From: Candidatus Eiseniibacteriota bacterium
GTDB taxonomy: Bacteria > Eisenbacteria > RBG-16-71-46
Assembly (NCBI GenBank): GCA_963776245.1
Contig: CAVZLN010000006.1
Coordinates: 320,001 to 384,000, forward strand
DNA length: 64,000 nt
Direction: 5' to 3'
How positions within the stretch are numbered: position 1 is the first letter of the stretch; each line of letters opens with the position of its first letter. The translations under genes and the position numbers were made by a program. The notes under the pieces were generated by a model. The model saw only the letters and a list, made by a program, of their open reading frames with translations. It was not told where the DNA came from and did no database searches. Shown in pieces: positions 53,037 through 61,990 of this stretch.

Positions 53037-53827
53037 CGCTTCTCGGCCACGGTGCCGATGACGTGGCTGGTCCAGGGCGCCCAGCGTGCGCGCGACAGCC
53101 GCGCGCGCAGCGCGGTCCAGCCCGCCGACCAGAAGCGCGGGCCCTGCGGCTCGAGGGGCAGCGCGATCCCGAGCCCGCGCTTGAGCACCTCGCGCACCAC
53201 GCGGTACCACAGGCCGGGCACCATCCACTCGCCGTAGGTGCGCCGGACCTCCAGGCCGCTCGCCGCCACCAGCCGCTCGAGCCGGGCGGGCGTGAATTGC
53301 GTCTCCCAGCCGGCGAACCAGCGGTCGACGGCGATCAGCGCCTGCTTCATCAGGGTGTAGAGGTGGAAGGTCTGGGGCACGTCCACGATCAGCCGCCCGC
53401 CCCGCGCGGTGACCCGCGCGTTCTCGCGCAGCAGCGGCATCGGGTCGCGGAAGTGCTCGAGCAGGCCCTGGTGGAACACCACGTCGAACGTGCCCTCGCG
53501 GAACGGCATGCGCAGCGCGTCCGCGCGCACCAGGTGCACGGCCAGGCCCTGCTCGCGCGCCTGCCGCCGCACCAGCTCGAGCGAGGCCGGCGAGTAGTCG
53601 AGCACCACGCCGCGGGCGCCTTCGCGCACCAGCGCGAGCAGGTCACGGCCCGAGCCGGCGCCCACCTCCATCACCCGGCGCCCGCGCACCTCGCCGTCGC
53701 GCAGCACCTCGCGCACCAGCCGGCCGCCGGTGGAATACGTGCGGTCGAGGTCGGCGTGCCCCTTCCAGTAGGACTCCCAGTGGTCGAGCGTCGAGGCGCG
53801 GGACGGCACGGGTCCGGACATGCTCAC
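53033..53827 (-). CDS. Class I SAM-dependent methyltransferase
   Basis: 'MEVGAGSG', 'LDYS', 'FDVVFHQGLLEHF'. Confidence 0.87.
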   Translation of the reverse strand: MSMSGPVPSRASTLDHWESYWKGHADLDRTYSTGGRLVREVLRDGEVRGRRVMEVGAGSGRDLLALVREGARGVVLDYSPASLELVRRQAREQGLAVHLVRADALRMPFREGTFDVVFHQGLLEHFRDPMPLLRENARVTARGGRLIVDVPQTFHLYTLMKQALIAVDRWFAGWETQFTPARLERLVAASGLEVRRTYGEWMVPGLWYRVVREVLKRGLGIALPLEPQGPRFWSAGWTALRARLSRARWAPWTSHVIGTVAEKR

Positions 53828-54549
53828 TCCCCCCATCTCAGCCGCTCGGCCAGGAACCGCGGCAGCCCGGCGTCGACGATGCGCGACATCGCCCGGTCGA
53901 TGTCGTACGCCAGCCGGACGTGGCGCACGCTCCGCTCACGGTCGTCCCACAGCAGGTAGGCGGCGCGCGGATCGCCGTCGCGCGGCTGGCCCACGCTGCC
54001 CACGTTCACGATGTAGCGCCGGCCCGGCTCCATCCGCACCGTGTTTTCGCGGGTGTAGCGGATGCGCTCGCCGTCGTGCTCGAAGATCCCCGGGTAATGC
54101 GAGTGCCCGATGAAGCAGAGCGCCTCGTCGAATCCCTCCAGCTCGCTCTCGGCCTCGTACGGCGAGAGCACGTAGTGCCATTGCTCGGGCTCGACCGGCG
54201 CGGCATGCACCAGTCGCGCGCCGCGCCACGGCAGCGTGTAGGGCAGCGCCTGGAGCCAGGCACGGTTGGCCGGCGTGAGCGCCTCCGAGGTCCAGCGCGC
54301 CGCGGTGGCGGCATCGCTGTTGAAGGCGCCGAGCCGCAGGCGCCCGGCCGCCACCACGTCGTGATTGCCGGTCACCGCCGCCTCGAGCCGCGGGCGCACC
54401 AGCTCGATGCACTCGTTGGGGGCGGCTCCGTACCCCACGAAGTCGCCCAGGCACGCGATGCTCGCGGGCTGGCAGGCATCGAGGTCGGCGAGCACCACCT
54501 CGAGCGCGTCGAGGTTCCCGTGGATGTCGCTGATCACGGCGTGGAGCAT
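53824..54549 (-). CDS. Calcineurin-like metallophosphoesterase
   Basis: 'SDIHGN', 'LGDFVGYG', 'GNHD', 'GHSH', 'NVGSVGQPRDGDPRA'. Confidence 0.92.
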   Translation of the reverse strand: MLHAVISDIHGNLDALEVVLADLDACQPASIACLGDFVGYGAAPNECIELVRPRLEAAVTGNHDVVAAGRLRLGAFNSDAATAARWTSEALTPANRAWLQALPYTLPWRGARLVHAAPVEPEQWHYVLSPYEAESELEGFDEALCFIGHSHYPGIFEHDGERIRYTRENTVRMEPGRRYIVNVGSVGQPRDGDPRAAYLLWDDRERSVRHVRLAYDIDRAMSRIVDAGLPRFLAERLRWGE

Positions 54550-54980
54550 CAGAGCTCCCCGGGACGCGCGGTGCGCGCCACCTGGTCGAGGACCCCGTTC
54601 ACGAACCGCCCGGACTCCTCGCTGCCGAACTGGCGGGCGATCTCGATCGCCTCGTCGATGACCACGCGCGCCGGGCTGCCGGCGCGCGCGTACAGCTCGG
54701 CCGCGGCGATGCGCAGCACCGCGCGATCGGTGGCGGCGAGCCGCTCGAGCGGCCAGCTGGTGAGCGCGGCGCCCAGCGCCGCGTCCACCGCGCCGCCCTG
54801 GGTGGCGAGATGCCGCACCACGTCATCCACCAGCTCGGCCTGGTCCGGTGTCAGGCGCTCGGACTCGCGCAGCGCGCGCCATGCCTCGGGCGGCGTGTCG
54901 CCGGTGACGTCGCACTGGTAGGCGACGCGGAACGCCAGCTCGCGCGCGCGGCGCCGGGCGGAGGTGGGCTCGGGGCTCAT
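54549..54980 (-). CDS. nusB: Transcription antitermination factor NusB
   Basis: 'RRRARELAF', 'DRAVLR', 'IDEAIEIARQFG', 'FVNGVLD'; follows ribH. Confidence 0.94.
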   Translation of the reverse strand: MSPEPTSARRRARELAFRVAYQCDVTGDTPPEAWRALRESERLTPDQAELVDDVVRHLATQGGAVDAALGAALTSWPLERLAATDRAVLRIAAAELYARAGSPARVVIDEAIEIARQFGSEESGRFVNGVLDQVARTARPGEL

Positions 54981-55516
54981 CGCGTCTCTCCGGCCGCGCC
55001 GGGCCACGCCTTCATGCTGGCCCCCAATCGCGCCATCTGGATGGCGGCGAGCGCCACCGAGACGCCGGTGTGCCCCACGGGACCGCCGAGGCGCGCCTCC
55101 GCCTGGGCCGCATCGTGGCAGGCGAGCACGCCGTCGAGCACCGGGAGCTTGAGCTCGAGCGAGACGTCCACGAGCCCGCGCGCGCACTGGTCGGCCACCA
55201 GCCGGAAGTGCTCGGTCTCGCCGCGCAGGACGACCCCGAACGCGAGCACGGCGTGGGGCGCGAAGGTCCACCCCTTCTCGCGCTCGCCTTCGGCCGGCCG
55301 GGTGCGGTAGAGCCGCGCCATCCACTTGGCCGCCAGCGGCAGCTCGAGCGCGCCGGGCACCCACCACAGCTCGAGGTCGTCCTCGGCCGCGCCCTGGCGC
55401 CGCAGCGTCTCGACCGCGCCGTCCACCAGCCGCCGGACGTACTTCTCGTTGAACCGCGCGGCGACGATGCCGAACCGCAGGCCGGTCGCGTCGTGGGTCG
55501 GAGCCAGCTCGCGCAT
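54977..55516 (-). CDS. ribH: 6,7-dimethyl-8-ribityllumazine synthase
   Basis: 'GIVAARFN', 'VPGALELP', 'GVVLRGETEHF'. Confidence 0.92.
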   Translation of the reverse strand: MRELAPTHDATGLRFGIVAARFNEKYVRRLVDGAVETLRRQGAAEDDLELWWVPGALELPLAAKWMARLYRTRPAEGEREKGWTFAPHAVLAFGVVLRGETEHFRLVADQCARGLVDVSLELKLPVLDGVLACHDAAQAEARLGGPVGHTGVSVALAAIQMARLGASMKAWPGAAGETR

Positions 55517-55518
55517 CC

Positions 55519-56880
55519 TCACGTCTCCCCGAGCTCGAGATCGAGCAGATGCCCGAGCTTGTCGCGCTTGGTGGCCAGATAGCGGCGGTTGTGGCGCGTC
55601 GGCTTCACGCGCAGCGGCAGGCGCTTGACGATCTCGAGGCCGTGCGCCTCGAGGCCGACGATCTTGCGCGGGTTGTTGGTGAGCAGCTCGATGCGCGCGA
55701 GCCCGAGGTCGGTGAGGATCTGGGCGCCGATGCCGTAGTCGCGCAGGTCGGGCGGGAAGCCGAGCTTCACGTTGGCCTCCACGGTGTCGAGCCCGCGGTC
55801 CTGCAGCGCGTAGGCCTTGAGCTTGTTCGCGAGCCCGATGCCGCGCCCCTCCTGGCGAAGGTAGAGGAACACGCCGCGCCCGCGGCTCGCGATGGCGCGC
55901 AGCGCGGCGTGCATCTGCGCGCCGCAGTCGCAGCGCTGCGAACCGAACACGTCGCCGGTCAGGCACTGGGAGTGCACCCGCACCAGCACCGGGCCGCCCT
56001 TCTTCACGTCGCCCATCACCAGCGCCACGTGGTGGTCGTTGGCCAGCGTCTCCTGGTACAGGTGCAGGGTGAAGCGCCCCTCGGCCACCGGCAGCGGCAC
56101 GCTCACCACGCGGCGCACCAGGCGCTCGCTGCGGCGGCGGTGCTGGATGAGGTCGCGGATCGCGAGGATGCCGAGCCCGTGCGCCCGCGCGAAGTGCCGC
56201 AGCCCGGGCAGGCGCATCATATGGCCGTCGTCGGTCAGGATCTCGCACAGCGCCCCCACCGGGCGGAGCCCGGCGAGCGTGCACAGGTCGGGCACCGCCT
56301 CGGTGTGGCCGGCGCGGCGCAGCACCCCGCCCGGCACCGCGCGCAGCGGGAAGACGTGCCCCGGACGGGCGAGGTCGCGCGAGCGCGAGCGCCGGTCGGC
56401 GAGCACGCGCAGGGTGCGCGCGCGGTCGAAGGCCGAGGTGCCGGTGGTGGTGCCGTGCTGCGCGTCCACCGACTCGGTGAACGGCGTGCCGAAGCGGGCG
56501 GTGTTCTCGGTCACCATGAGCTTGAGCCCGAGCCGGTCGCTCTCCGCGGGCGCCATCGGCGCGCACAGGATGCCGCGGCCGTGCTTGAGCGCGAAGTTCA
56601 CCATCTCCGGGGTCGCGAACTCGGCGGCGAACACCACGTCGCCCTCGTTCTCGCGGTCGCGGTCGTCCACCACGATGATCATCTTCCCCGCGCGGATGCG
56701 CCGGACCGCGTCGTCCACGCCGATGAACACGCTGTCGGCCCGGCGCTCGGGCACGCGCGGCGGCGGCGCCGCCCGCCCGGCGCCCGCGCGCGACGCGGCC
56801 GGGCGGCCCGGCGCGGCCGACCGCCGGGCGCCCGGGCGGGGCGCGGGCCGGCGGGTCGCGGTGCTTCGCTTCGCGCTCAC
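55519..56880 (-). CDS. ribBA: Bifunctional DHBP synthase/GTP cyclohydrolase II
   Basis: 'DDRDRENEGD', 'RPGHVFPL', 'RAGHTEA', 'RVHSQCLTGDVFGSQRCDCG', 'QEGRGIGL', 'LLTNNPRK'. Confidence 0.96.
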   Translation of the reverse strand: MSAKRSTATRRPAPRPGARRSAAPGRPAASRAGAGRAAPPPRVPERRADSVFIGVDDAVRRIRAGKMIIVVDDRDRENEGDVVFAAEFATPEMVNFALKHGRGILCAPMAPAESDRLGLKLMVTENTARFGTPFTESVDAQHGTTTGTSAFDRARTLRVLADRRSRSRDLARPGHVFPLRAVPGGVLRRAGHTEAVPDLCTLAGLRPVGALCEILTDDGHMMRLPGLRHFARAHGLGILAIRDLIQHRRRSERLVRRVVSVPLPVAEGRFTLHLYQETLANDHHVALVMGDVKKGGPVLVRVHSQCLTGDVFGSQRCDCGAQMHAALRAIASRGRGVFLYLRQEGRGIGLANKLKAYALQDRGLDTVEANVKLGFPPDLRDYGIGAQILTDLGLARIELLTNNPRKIVGLEAHGLEIVKRLPLRVKPTRHNRRYLATKRDKLGHLLDLELGET

Positions 56881-57488
56881 GCGCTCCTCCCGTCGCCCAT
56901 GCGCTCGTCGAGCAGGCGCGCGAGGTAGCGCGCGATCAGGTCCACCTCGAGATTCACGCGTCGTCCTGGCTGGTAGCCGCCGGCGGTGGTGACCGCGAGG
57001 GTGTGCGGGATGTAGGCGATCTCGCAGTGCGTGCCGCGCGCCGCCGCCACGGTGAGGCTCACGCCGTCCACCGCGAGCGAGCCCTTCTCGGCCACGTAGC
57101 GCGCCAGGCTGCCCGGCACCTCGATCGCGACCCGCACGCCGTCCCCTTCGGGCACCACCGCGACCACCGTGCCGACGCCGTCCACGTGGCCCTGCATCAG
57201 GTGGCCACCGAGGCGCTCGTCCACGCGGAGCGCGCGCTCGAGGTTGACGGCATCGCCGGCGCGCACGTCGCCGAGCACGGTGCGGGCGAGCGTCTCGGGC
57301 ACCGCCTCGACCGCGAAGCGCCCGGGCTCGATCGCGACCGCGGTCAGGCAGCACCCGCTGACCGCGAGGCTGCCGCCGACCCCGGTCCCCTCGAGCACGC
57401 GGTCGGCGGCGATCCAGAAGCGGCGCCCCGCCGGGCGCTGCTCGATCGCGGCGATGCGGCCCTGCTCCTCGACGATGCCGGTGAACAC
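56877..57488 (-). CDS. ribE: Riboflavin synthase (alpha chain)
   Basis: '(M)FTGIVE', 'VNLERAL', 'GGHLMQGHVDG', 'KGSLAVDGVSLT', 'IPHT'. Confidence 0.95.
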   Translation of the reverse strand: MFTGIVEEQGRIAAIEQRPAGRRFWIAADRVLEGTGVGGSLAVSGCCLTAVAIEPGRFAVEAVPETLARTVLGDVRAGDAVNLERALRVDERLGGHLMQGHVDGVGTVVAVVPEGDGVRVAIEVPGSLARYVAEKGSLAVDGVSLTVAAARGTHCEIAYIPHTLAVTTAGGYQPGRRVNLEVDLIARYLARLLDERMGDGRSA

Positions 57489-57493
57489 CTCGC

Positions 57494-58603
57494 CTATCCC
57501 CCGATCCCGATCGTGATGAGCACGTCGTCGCCGACGCGCTCGTGCGCCACCAGCCGGCCCGCGACCGCGTCCGCGAGCCCGCGACGTCCGAGCGCGCCGC
57601 ACCAGTCCAGCCCCTCGGCGCCGAGCACGCGCGGGGCCACGAACAGCGCCACCTCGTCCACCCGGCCGTGCTTCATCCACGCGGTGCCGAGCGCGGCCCC
57701 GCCCTCGAGCAGCACCTCGTGGCAGCCCTCCTCGGCGAGCCGCTTCGCGAGCGCCCGCGGCGAGACGTGGCCGCCGGCGAGCGGCAGCTCCCACACCCGC
57801 ACGCCGCGCGCCTCGAGCGCCCGGCGGCGCGCGCGCGACGCGCGCGGCCCGCAGGCCACCACCGTGCCGCCCGCCAGCGCGCGGCCGAACAGCCGCAGCG
57901 CGAGCGGCAGGGACGCGCGCGTGTCGCACACCACGCGCAGCGGCTGGAGGGCCGCGCGGACGCCGCGCGCGGTCAGCCGCGGGTCGTCGCGGCGCGCGGT
58001 GGTGGCGCCCACCACGATGGCGTCCGCGCGCGCGCGCATGCGGTGCGCGCGGACGCGGGACTCCGGTCCGCTGATCCAGCGCGCGTTCCCGCGCGCGTCG
58101 GCGATGCGGCCGTCGAGCGTGGCCGCCACCTTCCACGTCACGTGCGGACGCCCGGTGGTGTGCGCCAGCACGTAGCCGCGCAGCAGCGCGCGCGACTGCG
58201 CTCCGAGCAGGCCGACCTCCACCGCCACGCCGGCGCGCCGCAGCATCCGCAGCCCGCGGCCGTCCACGATGGCGTGCGGGTCGCGCAGCGCCACCACGCA
58301 GCGGGCGATACCGGCGGCCGTGATGGCGTCCACGCACGGCGGGGTGCGCCCCCAGTGCGCGCACGGCTCGAGCGTGACGTACAGGGTGGCGCCGCGCGCG
58401 CGCGCGCCGGCGGCGCGCAGCGCCTCGATCTCGGCATGGTCGGTCCCGGCGGCGCGGTGCCAGCCCTCGCCCACCACCCGGCCGCCCCGCACCACGACCG
58501 CGCCCACCATCGGGTTCGGGCGCGTGCACCCGCGTCCGCGCGCGGCCAGTGCCAGCGCGCGGCGCATGTGGCGGACGTCGTCCTCGGCGGTGCGATCCGG
58601 CAT
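57494..58603 (-). CDS. ribD: Riboflavin biosynthesis deaminase/reductase
   Basis: 'PNPMVGAV', 'HAE', 'TLEPCAHWGRTPPC', 'ATLDGRIA', 'LEGG'. Confidence 0.96.
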   Translation of the reverse strand: MPDRTAEDDVRHMRRALALAARGRGCTRPNPMVGAVVVRGGRVVGEGWHRAAGTDHAEIEALRAAGARARGATLYVTLEPCAHWGRTPPCVDAITAAGIARCVVALRDPHAIVDGRGLRMLRRAGVAVEVGLLGAQSRALLRGYVLAHTTGRPHVTWKVAATLDGRIADARGNARWISGPESRVRAHRMRARADAIVVGATTARRDDPRLTARGVRAALQPLRVVCDTRASLPLALRLFGRALAGGTVVACGPRASRARRRALEARGVRVWELPLAGGHVSPRALAKRLAEEGCHEVLLEGGAALGTAWMKHGRVDEVALFVAPRVLGAEGLDWCGALGRRGLADAVAGRLVAHERVGDDVLITIGIGG

Positions 58604-58615
58604 GGACTCCCCTGA

Positions 58616-58652
58616 AAATGACGAAACCCCGCGGCCTGCGAATGCCACGGGG
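58616..58652 (-). terminator. Intrinsic terminator of the FMN riboswitch expression platform
   Basis: Minus strand CCCCGTGGC-attcgcag-GCCGCGGGG followed by TTTCGTCATTTT just before the ribD RBS. Confidence 0.75.
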
Positions 58653-58690
58653 CGGTGCGCGGGTGCGCCGGGCAGGCCAAGGCCTGCCCT

Positions 58691-58854
58691 CTCCTTCTTC
58701 CATCCCGACTGTCACGGTCGGCCCCGGAATCGCACCGGGTCATGCGCTCGCGTCCGGCTGCCTGGGAACCCATCCGCCCCGGAGGACGGACACCGGACGC
58801 GCTCGCTCGCGGGCTCTACCGCCGGTGGGGACTTGGCACCCCGCCCCGAAGGAG
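58691..58854 (-). ncRNA. FMN riboswitch (RFN element)
   Basis: Minus strand 'cttcGGGGCGGGGTG..AAGTCCCCACCGGCGGT.gAGCCCGCGAGC...GACCCGGTGCGATTCCGGGGCCGACCGT.ACAGTCGGGATGGAAGAAG' upstream of ribD. Confidence 0.95.
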
Positions 58855-58866
58855 CAATGGCGGAGG

Positions 58867-58895
58867 AGGATAGCGGCGGCGCCGCGGGGGGTCAA
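58867..58895 (-). promoter_or_regulatory. sigma70 promoter of the rib operon
   Basis: TTGACC-17 bp-TATCCT just upstream of the riboswitch. Confidence 0.72.
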
Positions 58896-58919
58896 ACGAG
58901 CGCGGCCCGAGGCGCCCGC

Positions 58920-60140
58920 TCACCCGTGGGCGGTCACCCGGGCGTAGATGGCGGCCAGCGCGTCGACCACGGCGGCGCGCGCGTAACGGCGCTCGAAGGC
59001 GGCGCGGATGACGGCGCGGTCGTAGCCCGCGGCCCCGCGCACCATGCGCGCCATCGCCTCCGCCAGCGCGTCGAGGTCGCCGACCGGGACCAGCACGCCG
59101 GTGGTGTCGTCGAGGATGGTCTCGGGTCCCCCGCAGCGCGTCGCGATGCTCGGGCGGCCCGCCGCCATCGCCTCCACGAACACGATGCCGAACGACTCGT
59201 GATGGCTCGGCAGTACGAAGCAGTCGCAGGTCTCGAAGCCGCGCTCGGTCTCCGCGCGCGACACGTTGCGATCCAGCCACTCCAGATGGGCGTCGAGCCC
59301 CAGCCGGGCGCCGGCGGCGCGGAACGCGGCCAGGTCGGGGCCGGTGCCGGCGAGCCGCCAGCGCACCCGCGCGCGCTCCGCTGGCGTCAGCGATGGCAGC
59401 ATGCGCGCCGCGGCGCCCAGCAGGTCGAGGACACCTTTGGTGCGCACCATGTGGCAGAGCGTGAAGAAGGTGAATCGCTCCGGGTCGGCGGCGCGGTCGG
59501 CCGAGAGGCGGCGTTCATCCACCACGTTGGGCACCAGGTCCGGACGCGGCAGCCCATGCCGCTCGAAGTCGTCCGCCAGCGCCCGGCTCACCGCGATGCG
59601 AGCCGCCGCGCGCGCGTGCGGCTCGCGGATCCACTCCGGCAGGGCGCCGTCGGCGCGCGCGTAGACCGGCAGCGGGAACGGCCCCATGTGCTCGGTCACC
59701 ACGTACGGGATGCCGAGCTCCTTCGACAGGTGCCTCGCCGCCCAGCCCGCGGGGTAGGCGCCGTGCGCGTGCAGGAGGTCGATGCGCCCCCAGCGCCCGC
59801 GCATGTCGCGGGCGCACGCCCGCGCGGCGGCGAGCACCGCCGTGCGATTGCCGTGGTGCACGCGCTCGGAGGTCTGGAGCGCCGGGCGGGTCCATGCCGC
59901 CAGGTTCGGACGCAGCGCCTCGACGCGCGCCGCGCGATCGAACAGCGCGTCGAAGGCGCAGCGCGGCGAGTGGAGCACGTGTGCCGGCGTCAGCAGGTTG
60001 CGGCCCTGGTGCCACAGGGCGAGCCCCACGTTCCAGTCCGGGCGCAGTTCGGCGAGCGCCAGGGCCTGGTCGCGGACGTAGAGCCCCTCGTGCGGGAAAC
60101 AGCGGTGCGGCCACCACGAAGGCAGGAGGAGGAGGTTCAT
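58920..60140 (-). CDS. GT4 glycosyltransferase
   Basis: 'PSWWP', 'DLLHAH', 'PYVVTEH', 'ESFGIVFVEAMAAG', 'TRCGGPE'. Confidence 0.88.
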   Translation of the reverse strand: MNLLLLPSWWPHRCFPHEGLYVRDQALALAELRPDWNVGLALWHQGRNLLTPAHVLHSPRCAFDALFDRAARVEALRPNLAAWTRPALQTSERVHHGNRTAVLAAARACARDMRGRWGRIDLLHAHGAYPAGWAARHLSKELGIPYVVTEHMGPFPLPVYARADGALPEWIREPHARAAARIAVSRALADDFERHGLPRPDLVPNVVDERRLSADRAADPERFTFFTLCHMVRTKGVLDLLGAAARMLPSLTPAERARVRWRLAGTGPDLAAFRAAGARLGLDAHLEWLDRNVSRAETERGFETCDCFVLPSHHESFGIVFVEAMAAGRPSIATRCGGPETILDDTTGVLVPVGDLDALAEAMARMVRGAAGYDRAVIRAAFERRYARAAVVDALAAIYARVTAHG

Positions 60141-60208
60141 GCGCCGCGCAGCATAGCGGCGCGCCGCGGCGGTGTCATGGGGAGCCGGATCCGGGGATCA
60201 CCGACGCT

Positions 60209-60835
60209 TCAGTAGTGGATCGCCACCCGCGTGTCCCACACCGTCCAGATGTCGTCCGGGATGAATCCCACCCGCAGCCCGGTCTCGAGCCCGAGCCGCA
60301 CCGGACGGGCGGCGCTCGTCAGCACGGTGAACTCGAGCGCCGCCGCCGGCGCGGTCCGGCTGACCGCGAGGTCGCTGAACAGCGCGCCCCCTCCCGCCGC
60401 CGACAGCTCCGCCCGGGCGTTCATCAGGCCCGGCCCGGCGGCGACGCGCAGCAGCGCGCGGCGGCCCGGGAAGTCGCGGCTGACCAGCAGCGCGAAGTCG
60501 AGCACGGTGAAGTCGATCCCCGCCGTCAGGCTGCCGCGCGGGACGGTGGTGGAGCCCAGCATGTGGTAGCCCATGGCCACGCCCGCGCGCCAGCCGCGGC
60601 CCACGGCATGGTCGACGCCCACGCCCAGCGACAGCGAGCCGGAGGGGGCCTTGGTCCGGACCCCGGGAGCGAGCGAGTCGGTGCGGAAGAGCTTCGAGTA
60701 GCCGAAGCCCAGGTGGCCGTTCCAGTCGGCGATCCCGGCGGCCCCCGCCACGGCGGGCGCGAGCGCCAGCACGAGGAGGAGCGCGACGGTGACCCGCAGG
60801 GGCTGGTGATGGGGCATGGCAGTCCTTTCGCTCAC
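60209..60835 (-). CDS. Putative small outer-membrane beta-barrel protein
   Basis: Signal peptide, alternating beta-strands, C-terminal aromatic 'TRVAIHY'; alternative start at 60817. Confidence 0.6.
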   Translation of the reverse strand: MSERTAMPHHQPLRVTVALLLVLALAPAVAGAAGIADWNGHLGFGYSKLFRTDSLAPGVRTKAPSGSLSLGVGVDHAVGRGWRAGVAMGYHMLGSTTVPRGSLTAGIDFTVLDFALLVSRDFPGRRALLRVAAGPGLMNARAELSAAGGGALFSDLAVSRTAPAAALEFTVLTSAARPVRLGLETGLRVGFIPDDIWTVWDTRVAIHY

Positions 60836-60853
60836 CGCGCCGGGCGCGGCGCT

Positions 60854-61909
60854 CTACTTGTTGAAGCGGATCTCGAGGCAGTCCCCGTCGGCGACCACGT
60901 AGTCGCGGCCCTCGACGCGGACGTGCCCCTTCTCCTTCGCCTTGGCGTGGGTCCCGTGCTCGAGCAGTCGGTCGCACGGCACCACCTCGGCGCGGATGAA
61001 GCCCCGGGCGAGGTCGGTGTGGATCTCGCCCGCCGCGTCCACCGCGGTGTCGCCGCGATGGATGGTCCACGCGCGCACCTCGTCCGGGCCGACGGTGAAG
61101 AAGGAGTGCAGCCCCAGCAGTCGGTAGCACGCATGGATGACCAGCGACAGCCCGTCCTCGGTGATCCCGAGCTCGGCGCGGAACGCCTCGCGCTCCTCGG
61201 GCGGCAACCCGACGATCTCGCGCTCGAGGTGCGCCCGCAGCGCGATCGCCACCGCCCCCGGGCCGGGGTCGGGCGGCACGCGGGTGGAGGCGTCGTCCTG
61301 GTTGTACACCACCAGCAGCGACTTGAGCGTCAGGAGTTGGAAGCCGCGCAGGATGCGCTCCTCGGCGGCGTCGTGCGCGAAGGTGCGGAGCGGCCGCCCG
61401 GCCTCGAGCCAGTCCTTGCAGCGCGCCAGCAGGGCGTGCTCGGCTTCCCCCTGCTTCTTGCCGACGCGCAGCTCCTTGGCCACCTTCTCGAGACGATTCT
61501 CGACGATGGCGAGGTCGTTGAGCACCAGCTCGGCCTCGAGGTCGCGGCGGTCGCGCTCGGCGTCCACCCCGCCCTCGCGCGGCACCGCCGGGTTCTCGAA
61601 GTCGCGGATCACCACCAGCAGTGCGTCGCAGTTGCGCACCGCGGAGAACAGGTCGGGCCCCTTCGCGGCCGAACGGGCGCTGGCGTGGCCGGCGGCCGCG
61701 CTGTCCACGAACTGGATCTGGGCGTAGGCGGTCTTCTTGGGCTGGTAGAGGGCGGAGAGCCGGTCCACGCGCTCGTCGGGCACGCGCACCACGCCGATCT
61801 GGTCGCGGCCGGGGGCCGCGGCGCCGCTGGCGCCCGCGCCCTGCATGAGGATCTCGAACAGCGTGGTCTTGCCGGACTGGGGCAGTCCGAGGATGCCGAC
61901 GCGCTTCAT
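60854..61909 (-). CDS. ychF: YchF/Obg-family ATPase, divergent, with TGS/DUF933 C-terminus
   Basis: 'GLPQSGKTTLF', 'VPDERVDRL', 'LLTLK', 'FFTVGPDEVRAW', 'AGEIHTDLARGFIRAEV', 'EGRDYVVADGD'. Confidence 0.85.
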   Translation of the reverse strand: MKRVGILGLPQSGKTTLFEILMQGAGASGAAAPGRDQIGVVRVPDERVDRLSALYQPKKTAYAQIQFVDSAAAGHASARSAAKGPDLFSAVRNCDALLVVIRDFENPAVPREGGVDAERDRRDLEAELVLNDLAIVENRLEKVAKELRVGKKQGEAEHALLARCKDWLEAGRPLRTFAHDAAEERILRGFQLLTLKSLLVVYNQDDASTRVPPDPGPGAVAIALRAHLEREIVGLPPEEREAFRAELGITEDGLSLVIHACYRLLGLHSFFTVGPDEVRAWTIHRGDTAVDAAGEIHTDLARGFIRAEVVPCDRLLEHGTHAKAKEKGHVRVEGRDYVVADGDCLEIRFNK

Positions 61910-61990
61910 GGGCTCTCGCGTTCCGGGGGACATGCGACGGCCCGCGGGGGTCTTCCCGCGGGCCCGGGAGCCTCGATCAGGAGGCGCGGC

